The notes under the pieces are model-generated. The model made no database searches. It saw only the letters and a list, made by a program, of their open reading frames with translations, and was not told where the DNA came from. A stretch of DNA of 63,954 bases, counting the filler, from Klebsormidium nitens (lineage: Eukaryota; Plantae; Klebsormidiophyceae): NCBI GenBank assembly GCA_000708835.1. It is 5 parts of 5 records of this genome, joined end to end, with 100 filler letters (N's around TTAATTAATTAA, not from the genome) between each part and the next. Parts side by side here need not be neighbours in the genome. Positions count along the whole stretch, not along the records: positions 1 to 12,993 come from DF238105.1; 4 more parts are not named here. One strand, 5' to 3'. Both the position numbers and the translations under genes were made by a program. Below, piece by piece: positions 1 through 11,800 of this stretch. Numbering within the stretch: the first letter of the stretch is position 1; each line of letters starts with the position of its first letter.

Positions 1-204
1 TTTTTCAAGCAAAACGGGAGGGTTCCTAAAGAGTCATTGACAAGGTGTGGTCCAATTCTAAGAGTGCCCGCCAGCTGCATCTAAATAGCCCCGATTGCAG
101 GTCCAACTTTCCGACGGCTGGACTTGAGCATGGACCACACCTTGCAGAAGTCGCTCTCTAGCGAGATAGGAGGGTTCCTAAAAATCATTGACGAGGTGTG
201 GTCC
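1..204. repeat. Array of ~72-bp units bounded by inverted GGACCACACCTT/AAGGTGTGGTCC arms (one full unit 132-204, one partial unit ending ~54)
   Basis: ggaccacaccttg at 132-144, gacgaggtgtggtcc at 190-204 and gacaaggtgtggtcc at ~40-54. Inverted relative to the array at 3251-3556. Confidence 0.75.
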
Positions 205-236
205 CTCATTGGATTCGAATGCCTGCCAGTTGCTTC

Positions 237-3200
237 TTAATGGCAGGGATGGTTGTCCAACTTGTGTTTCGACAGCCTAGCTGGCCAGACTACACACCCG
301 CAGATGGCCCCGACTCCAGCAACATATCCACAAAAAACGGCGCTCACCTGACCAACGCTCGCTCGCCGCGGACGTGGCTCGATCACGCACTGAGTCGTGA
401 ACTGCTCCCCAAAATCTGAGTCTTCGAAGCAGCCATCGTCTTCAAGCTCCAGCGGCTCGTCGGAGCTGGCGCTGGCGTCAGGCACCAACTCATTGGGCCC
501 CAGCTGCTGCACCTCCTCGTCCAGCCCAGCCACATCGCTCTGCCGCGCGGAGACGCTGCCATTCTCACCGGAGGACTCCGAGGATGAGCTCAGCACCCGG
601 CGGCGCCGCCGCCTACTTTGTGGAGAGCGGGCTGCCCCATCGAACACCCGCCGCTTGCGCAGAGCTGGAAACTCGTCCGACTCAAAATCCGTTTCCATTG
701 CGGCGGGCACCAGCTACCAGCCTGGGCCCCCGCCCAACGCCCGTTGCTTGCAGTAGAGCCGGACTCAGCAGAGGAATCCGACTGTGAGGGCAGGGAACNN
801 NNNNNNNNNNNNNNNNNNNNNNNNNNNNNNNNNNNNNNNNNNNNNNNNNNNNNNNNNNNNNNNNNNNNNNNNNNNNNNNNNNNNNNNNNNNNNNNNNNNN
901 NNNNNNNNNNNNNNNNNNNNNNNNNNNNNNNNNNNNNNNNNNNNNNNNNNNNNNNNNNNNNNNNNNNNNNNNNNNNNNNNNNNNNNNNNNNNNNNNNNNN
1001 NNNNNNNNNNNNNNNNNNNNNNNNNNNNNNNNNNNNNNNNNNNNNNNNNNNNNNNNNNNNNNNNNNNNNNNNNNNNNNNNNNNNNNNNNNNNNNNNNNNN
1101 NNNNNNNNNNNNNNNNNNNNNNNNNNNNNNNNNNNNNNNNNNNNNNNNNNNNNNNNNNNNNNNNNNNNNNNNNNNNNNNNNNNNNNNNNNNNNNNNNNNN
1201 NNNNNNNNNNNNNNNNNNNNNNNNNNNNNNNNNNNNNNNNNNNNNNNNNNNNNNNNNNNNNNNNNNNNNNNNNNNNNNNNNNNNNNNNNNNNNNNNNNNN
1301 NNNNNNNNNNNNNNNNNNNNNNNNNNNNNNNNNNNNNNNNNNNNNNNNNNNNNNNNNNNNNNNNNNNNNNNNNNNNNNNNNNNNNNNNNNNNNNNNNNNN
1401 NNNNNNNNNNNNNNNNNNNCCCGACGGCTCGAAACCGGACTCGCTGGCCGCGCTCGTTGCCGACCGCTGGCTGGCGCAGCTTTCCTGGACACAGATTGGA
1501 CCTTTTGTGAGAAATGGATCAGGAAACGTTCCAGACAAAACTAGCACTGAAGCATTCCGCAGAAGCAAAGCGGGCCGCCGTCAGGATTTGCTCAGAAAAG
1601 GTTCATACCAAAACCTCAAAGGTGTCTTCCAGCACGTGGACTCTAAGCATCCAGGCCCAATCTCTGATACGGTTGCGCTAAAGAGCCATGCAAGAAAGAG
1701 CGAACGAGTTTCAACGATCTTATCTCAAGGCACCGCTTGAAATGTATCACAGTCGATCAAGGCAACAGAAGCATTGCAGCTCTGGCCTAAGAAGCAGACT
1801 TCAAAAGGACCCTTAAATTAAGAACGTGGCCAGAAATTTATGTGGCCTTGCCAAACAGTCGGATGCGTGCAACTTCTGTGGCTTGACTGAGCTCGGTCCC
1901 CTCTCACCTCTGCTGTGGCGCCGCAGATGGTCTTGAGTGCAGTGCCGGGTGTCCCTCTCGATATAGACAGCCGGTCCTCTGCGTCTGCTCTGCTGACTTC
2001 CACCTTCAAAAACCATGAGTGAAAGATTCGTCAGAATCGGTGAAGCGCATCAGCATGATTCCCACCGCAATGCTATGATCAAGACCGGCAGACCAACGCC
2101 GCGGCACCTCACATTCTGCAGGCCTGAAAGTGCATCGCTGTGTCGTCACTGATCTGATCAACGTATCTGATGTGGAGGACGTACAATACCGAACGGCTAA
2201 AACTCCCATTCGATGACGAGGATTCGTTGCAGTAGTCGGGCGCCCTCAAGAAGACTTGCATTACGTGGCTTTCAAAAGCAAGACTAATTCATCTATGACA
2301 ACCCCGATCAAGGTGCTGGAGGAAAATCGGATAATCATCTGAAGCTCACTTGGGCATTCAAAATGCCCTCTTCTATCATGTCCTGATGATGAAGCTCCTC
2401 CTCGTCAGATGCATCAGCCACATTTGGCACCTCCGCCGCGATCTCGAGCGTTTTGATGGCCTCGGGGGCCACTCGATCACTTCGTTCTGAGGTGATGCCT
2501 CCCTCCAAGGTCGCACGGCTGGGGTCCACCTTGAAAGTGGAGGGGTCAAAAGGTCAAAATCTGAAAGAGGTAAGCAAAACAGGTGCTCAGAGGAGTCACT
2601 ACGCAGCTATCTCAGTGGCAGGTCTCTCTAAGTTGACTCGCAGAAAGAAGCCCATGCTTTCTGAAAGAGCAATTGCTGAGAGTTGTGTTTGATCACAAGA
2701 CCATGTCTGTGCGCCCTAGATCGTTGCGAGGCAGGTGCCAGCCGCTCACCTGCTCGTAAAGCTTTGCATAATTCCGCCACTCCTCAAAGACCTCGACATC
2801 ACGCTGAACAACGTGCAGAGCTGGTGCAGGCTGCCAGCTCCGTGCAACGTCCTGCACAACAGCCTCTCTTCGCACCACTAGGTATACGGGTTCAGATGAG
2901 GCCACGCTGATCAGCACCTGAGGTTTCCAAAAGTCTCAAGCAACGTTTCAAGCAGAGCGCTGCGCTTGTTAAGTATCACTGAGCCATGTTGCGAGTACTC
3001 AGTTCAGCACAGACTTGTCCTCACCTCTCGAGAGGGCAGAGTCACAAGCGGACGACGACGGCTGGCATTGGATGCAGGTCCGTCCTTGTTCTCGTTCCGC
3101 TGTGACCGGGACGCTGGCCACCCGGGATTGCTTTCAATGCCGCCGATCAGAAGAAGCTTTGCTGCAAAACAAATACCAATGATCGTTAAGCAAGCCAGAC

Positions 3201-5900
3201 CGACCATTCGGGTCATAAAGAAGCAAGTGGCAGGCACGCGTTTGTCTGGAGGACCACACCCTGTCAAAGATTATAAGGAAAGCTGCTCTCAGCACTCTAA
3301 GGTCATGTGCAAGGTGTGGTCCAGCAGGTCAAAACGTCCATCCGGTTTTGGACCACACCTTGTCAATGATCATAAAGATATCCACTTTTTGCACCCGAAA
3401 GTCATCTGCAAGGTGTGGTCCAGCAAGTCGACTGATCAATCAGATCGTGAAGAAGCGAATAGCGTACACGCCTTGTTGTCGATTGGACCACACCTTGTCA
3501 AAATCAATAAGGAATCCCACTCTCAGCTGCTCGACGCCATTTGCGAGGTGTGGTCCAACAAGTCTGACACGTCATCTTGGTACGGCCCAAGCTTTGGCAC
3601 TTTCTCTCCTGTACAACTTTTTCTCAAAAGACGGGCAGCTACAAGCAGGAGATCGTTACTCTTCCGAGTCGTGACTCACCAATGAGGTTCCTGCTCTTGG
3701 GGGTTGCGTCCCAGCACGAACAATCACGCAGGCATCCATCGCATGCTGCGAAAGAAGGGCAGAACGGCACGTGAGCCTGCGGGCAAGCTTTGCAGCGACC
3801 TTCATCTGTGAGCATCGAGCTCAACGGGTTGCATGCTTTAGAAGTAGGACAGACCAACGCCTAATTCGAGCGAAGAGCTACCCATGAAGCTGAAATCGTG
3901 CACGGTTCTCGCCCTTTGCCTATGAAATCTCACCATATTCCCTCCTCAGCGCTGCGTCCTCCTCAAGCGCCTGCGCCAGCTCTCTCTTCACCTTGCGCAC
4001 TTCGCGAACACGTGCCCACTCTGTGAAAAGGCACGAGGCACATGTCTTTGCAACGAGTGCTTGGATGCAAACACTGGCAGATGCAAACAGTCGCAATCTT
4101 GGGGATGACAGCTATCTGCACACAGACTCCCGAGATTTGCATCTCAAACTCCTACAGTTGCAACCGGCGCACAGTGATTCGAGAGCCAAATAGCTCATGC
4201 AGAGCCAGGGCGGGTGCATTGGGCTCACCTGCTCGGGTTTTCTCCAACTCGAAGCCGCCAGGATTGCCAGGATTCTTGCGCTCGTAATGCTTCTTGCAAA
4301 AGCACTCAAAACTGCCCCCTTGCTTGCCCCCACGCCGAGCCAAGATTGCAGGGGAGCTGCAGTCTTTGCAGAGGAGGCCGTAAGGTACTGGCAGGAAAGC
4401 ACGGAGAGTTGAGATTAGCATCGGACACGAGTGAAGTCCGGCCCAACTCACGTGGGCGCAGAGGTCCACCTTCTCCTATTCCAAGACATGCCACGTTGCA
4501 AGAGCTTCCCCGGGACATGCCATGTTGCGAGAGCTCTGAAGTCAATGCGATTGCAAAGTCTCGAACCCTAGATCACAACTGCACCCAAGGCTCTGAATCC
4601 GACTCTCGCAAAAGCCCAATCGGATGCCAGCTCGATCAAGGTGCCACTGCGACTCACCCTTGTCTCCAAAGAGGTAGGTGGCCAGCTCCTCTCTCGCTTC
4701 CCTCAGTTTCCTTGATACACCACCAGCTGGGGGGCGGGCCTCGTTCGTGATCGATCGACTCGCGGGCGCAGGGCTCGCGGGCGCCCTGCGAGCTCCACGG
4801 GATGCGCTTGCCAACTGCTGCAGCCCCTCCAGATGGGCCTGCCTGATCGACTTCAGGACCCTTTCAAAGCCCTCTTGCAGGCCCGCATCTGCGGTGCCTG
4901 CAAGCGCCTGGATGCCTGCCATCGCCGCATGCAGGCCCCCATCCCAGGCAGTCTTCGACCAGAGAAGGCCGGCAGCGCCGAGCTCCTTCTTAGCGCGACG
5001 GCACAGGCTCCCCGCCACCTTCCGAAAGGTTCGGTGGCCGCGCTTCGAGCTGGTGAGAAAGCCCCGCGACGCGCTCGTCACGAGCGCTCTGATGGAGCAC
5101 GGCGGGAGAGTCGCACTGCGGGGTGCGCCGGACATGTCCTGCAAGGAGGTCAAGGGGCCATGATGCGTTAGACCTTCTGTCACCTCAACCAAAATAGCAG
5201 GCTCTCATTGCTAAGTAAAAGCCGGTGCACAACACTGGAGAGTGCGAGTCAATTCAGAATGGGGCCAGGCCAATCCACTCATGATGCTGAAAACAACGGC
5301 AGTGGTGACCACGACCGGTCAAAACTTCCCTAGAGAGCATAGGCATGCCAGGCTTTGACAAAAGAACTCCTAACTTGCGACGCTCCAAATCATTCCACCC
5401 GTAATCCCTTGAGAGCTTTGTAAATGGTACCACCCACCAACGAAAACGTCCCTCCGATGATAGAAGCATCATGACATATCCAGTCAGAACTCTCGACCAG
5501 CCAAGGCCGTACCATCCATGATCCTGAAGAACGTTGGGAGCAAGTAAATGCAGATTGTCGGCACTATGCATACGCAGCATGCATCAATTGGTCCATGCCT
5601 TGTCCCATCCATGAAAAGCTCAGGATCCCACTCACTTGCATCCCTTGGACATGTGGCTGGCCGCTGGCCGCTGTGTCTTGGACCTGTGAACTTTCCACGA
5701 TGCCGTGCCTCTCAAGTGATCTTGGGCCAGAGTAGGTCGGGCTTGAAGGCATGTACTGTTCCATATCCTGCAAGAACCAGTGCTCCAGAGTCAGTGCACT
5801 CAATGCCCGTAATCAGCAATTCGAAAGCGAGGTCCCGAGGCTCAAGATTCAGTGCTCATTCGACCGTCAGCGCGGGCTTTGAAACATGCATGTAGATGAA
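237..5900 (-). pseudogene. Probable decayed multi-exon gene or TE-derived gene of unknown family
   Basis: Minus-strand exon-like blocks with AG/GT edges (e.g. ~2335-2530, ~2720-2900, ~3680-3775, ~3935-4020, ~4540-5190, ~5625-5890). Several carry in-frame stops. No family motif recognised; interrupted by an N gap. Confidence 0.3.
3251..3556. repeat. Three 72-bp inverted-arm units (3251-3322, 3350-3421, 3485-3556) with variable spacers
   Basis: Each unit starts ggaccacacc(c/t)tgtc and ends gc(a/g)aggtgtggtcc. All three are exactly 72 bp; spacers are 27 and 63 bp. Confidence 0.85.
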
Positions 5901-5904
5901 AATT

Positions 5905-6400
5905 GTTGACAGCGGGCCCAAGACCAACCTGACGGCAAGCCTCTCCAGAAAGTGAACCCAACAGCAAACCAGGAAAAAAGCCCTACAACAGACTCTGAAA
6001 CAACCCTACATTGGACAACAAAATCAGCCCCGCAGCGGGCGAGTATTCAGGCTCCTAGCAAGCTCACACCAGCCCCCACAGTGAAATCCCAATAGGCCCG
6101 ACAGCAGGCTCCAAACCAGCCCCGCAGCGGGCTCCATATCAATCCTTCAGCAGACCCCAAATCACCCCTACAGCGGGCAACACATCAGCCCGCAGTGGGA
6201 GCTAAGTCCCCCAAACAATAACGTCGAAAGAGCCCAACAACGGACCCCAGATCAGCTAAACAGCGGGCCCCAAATCAGCACAACAGCGGGCATCAGTCCA
6301 ACATCCAGACACAATCCAGTCCTACAGCATCCAATTAAGTCCTACAGCGGGCCACATACCAGTCCCGCAATGGGCCCCAAATCAATTCAACAAGGAAAGA
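5905..6400. repeat. Degenerate A/C-rich repeat tract built on CAGCGGGC
   Basis: cagcgggc at ~5910, 6033, 6125, 6171, 6261, 6284 and 6345, with ccccaaatc-like linkers and a strong A/C skew. Confidence 0.65.
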
Positions 6401-8868
6401 GAGGCGGCGGTGGTGCAGCCTCTTTTGCCATCTACTGCTAGTCACGAGTAGATGAGTAAAATTGACCTGTGAGAAGACAGACGCAAGCCATCCGCTGGGA
6501 AGGGTCACCTAAGAGCACACCCCACAAGTGCACAGATACGCAGGGGCGAGGGAAGCAGAAACTTACCCTAAACTCTGGTGAGTGGCGCTGCTGTCCACGT
6601 GCTCCACTGAAGCAGAGCAATCAGCCTGCGCGAGAATGACATTTCACCCTTTACTTTTAACCTGAGTAGCAAACGAAAGAGTGTGGAGTACTTTGACCAA
6701 GCCCCACTTGTAGCGACCTCTCAGGTTGCATATGCATGCATGCGGGTGAAGATGTCGAAACAAGTTCTCTAAAGCAATTGCGCTGTACCGCTGCAAGTCA
6801 TTGATAACATGCGGCAGGCTGAGTGATTGAAACATGCTTCGACCACACTGTGACCCGAAGGCATTCACCTGCAGTGTACAGCATATGCCCTCCTGTCAAA
6901 GAAACAAAAGGCAAGCGGCTCTTACCTGAGCCTGACCAGACGCCTGCGAGTACGACGCGCTGACCACGGACTGCCAGCTTCCGAGCTTCCCAGCGAGCTC
7001 CCCCCAAAAATGGACCCTCTGTTGTTCTGAATATTGATGTTGGGAACCATTGCAACCCATCAAAAGAACCTCAAAGTTGGGCTGCCAAAGGATGCCAGAG
7101 AGCGCCATAGGGTGCCGCCGCCAAGTGTGTCTGATGACCTGTCCAAAATCTGAGTCACGTACAAGAATGCTGAGTCAGCTGTGGAAATATCTAAAAGCAG
7201 GCTTGATGGCAGCAAATGCCGTCAGCAATCTCCAACATCACCCAGAAGCGACCAGCGTAATTGACAACTAAGGTTGCATCGACCATTCCCTTCCTGCTTC
7301 TCTACTTTCTTTACCTCCTCTGGGTGTCTACGGTCTACCTGTCCGAGTCCTGTGCTTGCTGCACCAACTCTGACAGTGAAGTGGGCGGGAACGGTCTGCA
7401 ACAGCGTGGTAATGGTGAGCCGGCCCTTTGAGGCCTTATGGCCATTAGCTTAGGCGACGCCCGGGGCTGAGTTGTTATAGTTGGGTGGGAATGCAAGGTC
7501 GCGCCAACTGTTCTGTCTGTTGAANNNNNNNNNNNNNNNNNNNNNNNNNNNNNNNNNNNNNNNNNNNNNNNNNNNNNNNNNNNNNNNNNNNNNNNNNNNN
7601 NNNNNNNNNNNNNNNNNNNNNNNNNNNNNNNNNNNNNNNNNNNNNNNNNNNNNNNNNNNNNNNNNNNNNNNNNNNNNNNNNNNNNNNNNNNNNNNNNNNN
7701 NNNNNNNNNNNNNNNNNNNNNNNNNNNNNNNNNNNNNNNNNNNNNNNNNNNNNNNNNNNNNNNNNNNNNNNNNNNNNNNNNNNNNNNNNNNNNNNNNNNN
7801 NNNNNNNNNACACATCATTGTGCATGTCAATGACATTGGCACGGGGGCAAGCTTGGAGTCAAATGTTCCAATGTTCCTGCCATGCGTCCTTATTAAAAAC
7901 GAAACAGATGCTACACAGCATGTGCATATCGAGAGAGCTAGAGTGCTAACCATTGGGAAAATTGATGGCGGCCAATCAAGCAAGCCATGCTGTCGTACGA
8001 CGGCGCCACATGTGTTACACGCACAAAGCGGCCGCGAGCTGGTTTGAGCTCCAACATACATCGGCCCGATAACATGGTCAAATCTTGGGTTTCGCCACAG
8101 TTAGTGCCAGACTGCGTCATACATACATTCCGCCGCAAAATTTTGAAGCGAGATTGAAATATCCTACGGTAGAACAAATCAATTCAAGGCACCCTAGCGC
8201 AAGTTTAAATTGACCCGGGTGAAGTTAACGAAATTTGGGTTGAATCGGGGCTGTATGATTGACCCTCCAAACGTGGGCATTGCGAGTTCAAATCGTCATC
8301 GTATGTCCGAATGTAGATCGGATTTTTCCAAGATATAATCTCCCTTGCTATGTGCAGAATTTGGTTCGTTATGAAAGTATCAATCAAGAGCTCGAGCTTG
8401 CTACTAATGTTGAAGCTATAAATTCAAGTTGCACAATTGATTGATGGAAGCATCAAGACCAGCGTTGCTGCAATCCCCGATTCTACCGTGGTCACCTGCT
8501 GTCACAAGCACGTTGGATACGTTTCTGCATACGTCATGTCACTATGCACGTTCCTAAAAGCCCAGCAGACAAACCCGCATGCACAAACAGCAGACATATG
8601 CAGCATGCACAAAGTCTTTTAAAATCAGATGGACTATTACTTGAATGCTTGAGAAGCAACTCTCTCCGAGTTCATGCACAAGATTGGGTCCTTCTGGCTG
8701 GCGACATGCGAATACTTATATCACTTGTTCAGTGTGTATTTGCAATCCAGACCTGCTTGTCGTCTCAAACTATAGCACCCCAAGTTTTGGCGTACTTCAA
8801 TGGACTTGACCGCAATACCAAGACCTTGCCTCATGGTATCTAACGGAACAAAACTCTACCGAGAGCTT

Positions 8869-11800
8869 TTAATGGGCCCACTTTGAACAGACACCATTGA
8901 ACTGCTCTGCCGTCACTTGCATGCAATAATCGCGCATACTTCGCCCTGGCGTCCTTGGATAGAAGAGATCGTGGAGCTCCGAGAGGAAGCCACGAAACTC
9001 ATCCGGGACCCTCTTGAGGTCGCTCGGCTCGGCCGCGAGCATCCGTCCGGCCCGCAGCTCCGCGCACTTTTCCAGGTCGGACAGCTTCATATCATGACGC
9101 CGCGCCACCTTCTCGTCGCAACAGCAAGCGAGGAGGCTGATGTAGAGCCCCTCCAGCATGGAGCTCCGAGTGTGGCTCCGCCCTTGAAGAACCGAGAGAG
9201 GCGCATAGAGCGGGGTGCCAGTGATGGCGCCCAGCTTCCCAGTCGGACTGGCTGGCTGTATCTTGTCCACGTCCTCGGGGGCGACGACCTAGAGAGGAGT
9301 AGGTCCCGTCAAACCTCCCGGCAAAGAATGACACCAGGAACTGGAAAGATGCAAACCGTAGTCTACTTCCGAGACGCGAAACAATCCATGCTGGGGTTGC
9401 CCGGGTTGAACTCTTTGCCTACAGCTGGATTGCATTTGAACGAGAGCGTCTTGAAGCCATGACCGGAGACTCTAATGCTAGCGGCTGAGGGGTCCGGGTC
9501 TGGTAGGGTCTGGTAGGGATGCTCGACTGCGGGCTGACGTCACAGCATGTACTGAGCCTTAGCGTCTGAAACGGCTGACTTTGACGTACTTACAGAGGAT
9601 AGCGGCATGCATGACCAGATCTGTTCTCAGAATCCGCATGAAGCAAGTATGCACATACCGAATTCACTGTCAGATTCAACCAGAATGTCGATAAAGGTGA
9701 ACGAACCTTGGCTGCTGAGAAGTCGAAGAGCAGTCCTCGTCCCTCGAAAACTCCGATGTTGTCCAGGCTAATGTCCCGGTGGAGGACGCCCTTCTCTAAG
9801 CACCCATTGATTGCATCCGCAACATCACGCGCCGCCTGCAAGAGAAGCATCAGTCGAAGGGTCTGGTCAGATATGAACAACGAGAAGAGAAGTCAGAAAT
9901 AGCAGAGACCTGCAGACCCTTTTTTTTGACAGAAAGATGTGACAAAATATCTTGTACAGACTCATGCACCGATCCAAACAAGTAGAGAGACAAGTTCTAG
10001 AGACTAACCGCACGGCTCTGAACGTCTTAACAGAGAAAAGAAGGACACCCCCTGTGAAAATAAATTGCCAAAGCCATCCTGCTTGAAGGGAGACACCAAA
10101 GAAACGAGCCAAGCTTGTTTCATTGCTGAAGACGAACCTGGACAAGCGACTTCCGTCCAAGTTGCATGGTGAGCCGCTGTGCATACGGGGCCAGAAGGAG
10201 CACATGCCACTGTCGACCCTGGTAGGTGCACTCGCCGCTTGCGAGGACCTTCACAAGGTGTGGCACATCTTCCGCAGTCAGCATTCCCAGCAGATCGCCC
10301 TGCAGTGACAAGAAGCATGCGTCAGCCCCCCAGCAATACCTTGAGCATTCCCGGCCCAACATCAGCACACCCTTGACGTGGTTACCAGGTTTACCAAGAA
10401 GTACAACTCTTCATCAATGGGTTCTCAAAAGTCTGCGTCAGCTTCTGACGTGCATTTCCAGGGCAGGCAAAGTCCTATGGGGTTTCGGCATCAACCCCTT
10501 GGGGCATGAAAGTCACTCGGCAACCTCACAAATAATCTTTTGGGGTTGGAAACGAACAGGATTACTGGCAAGAAACTTCACCAGTGATTTATACCGGAGC
10601 CAAGGAAGAACAGCACCCCGAGTCCCCTGCTTCATGAAAAGATTGCGTCGATCCTGTCCCCGCAGACAAACGGGGGGACTATTGAAGTGAGAACCTGGCC
10701 TCCCATTACGAGATCAATGAGGCCCGGCCCCCATGCAAGACTGTGGCTGAGGGGGCGAAATCCGCCCCACAAGGAGTTGAGTTCAGGGCTACCGGAGGGA
10801 CCATCAACAACCCAGAGTCAGGCAAGTTCCCTGCTATCTGGGGGTTTTGGGTGTAATAGAATCCGTTATTGTTTAAGGTTGCAATTCTGACACAGGTTCC
10901 AGACGCCTTGAGAAGTCAAGTCGGTCGCGGCCTGAAACCCCATTTACAGAATGGCTTCAGCAATTCCGGTTGAGTTGGTTAGAATCCTGATCTCCCTATG
11001 TCTCACTTCAGAGCAATTCCTGAGCACCTCAAGCACTCACCTCCAGCTTGCGGTCGCAAAGCTTCAGAATGCATTTCCCGGCGTAACCGTCGCGCTCTGC
11101 AGTAAACACCCAGCTCCCCACAGTGCTGGGCCCCGTGCCCCGTCTCAGCAACTGCAATCTGCCCACCCGCACTCCCTCCAACACGCTCAGGTTCGGCAAC
11201 ACAGGGCTCACAAAGCCCAGCTTGCTCTTCTCCGTCGCTAGGAGCCTCACCAGCCATCTAAAGCCAACCGAGTCTTCGCCGATGTAGAAGGGCTGCAGGC
11301 CTGTCGTTTCTATCACCCACTTGCAATCGCTATCCCGATGAATGTGGACAACCTCTAAGGCGTTCATGTTTAGGCCAAACGAGAAGAAATGCTGCCGATC
11401 CGGCTGATTTTCTAGAGCTACCTGGCCTCGTCCGATTTGCTGACCGAACATCGAATCCACATCGTCTTTACCGTCGTTAACCTTGAACTCGCCGACCGTA
11501 ACGAGCTGAGTCCACGCTATCAGCTCCTCTGCCAGCATGCTTGCGTCCGGTCGGCCTACGGGGTTTATGAATTGGTTGGAGGAACTGTGCGTGTCCATCA
11601 CAATAAGCTTTGAACCGACCGCTTTTTTTACTGCGTGGATTATTTTCATCACACAGGGCTGCATGTGCTTATCCTCGCTGAACTGGGACTTCTTAGGCTT
11701 GTCCTCGCTCAGCTGGGTTTTCTTGGGCTTATCCTCGCTCAACTGTGCCTGGGGAATGAGGTCTACTAGTGTCAGGTGAGGGGGGTTTGAACACGAGTCT

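Noticed and set aside
590-1740. Long ORFs crossing N gaps (also 7450-8061 and 48537-49508)
   Set aside because: Their length comes from X codons in gaps.
3251-3556. CRISPR array interpretation of the repeat-spacer pattern
   Set aside because: Repeats are 72 bp and only moderately conserved, spacers vary from 27 to 77 bp, there are no cas genes, and the context is eukaryotic.
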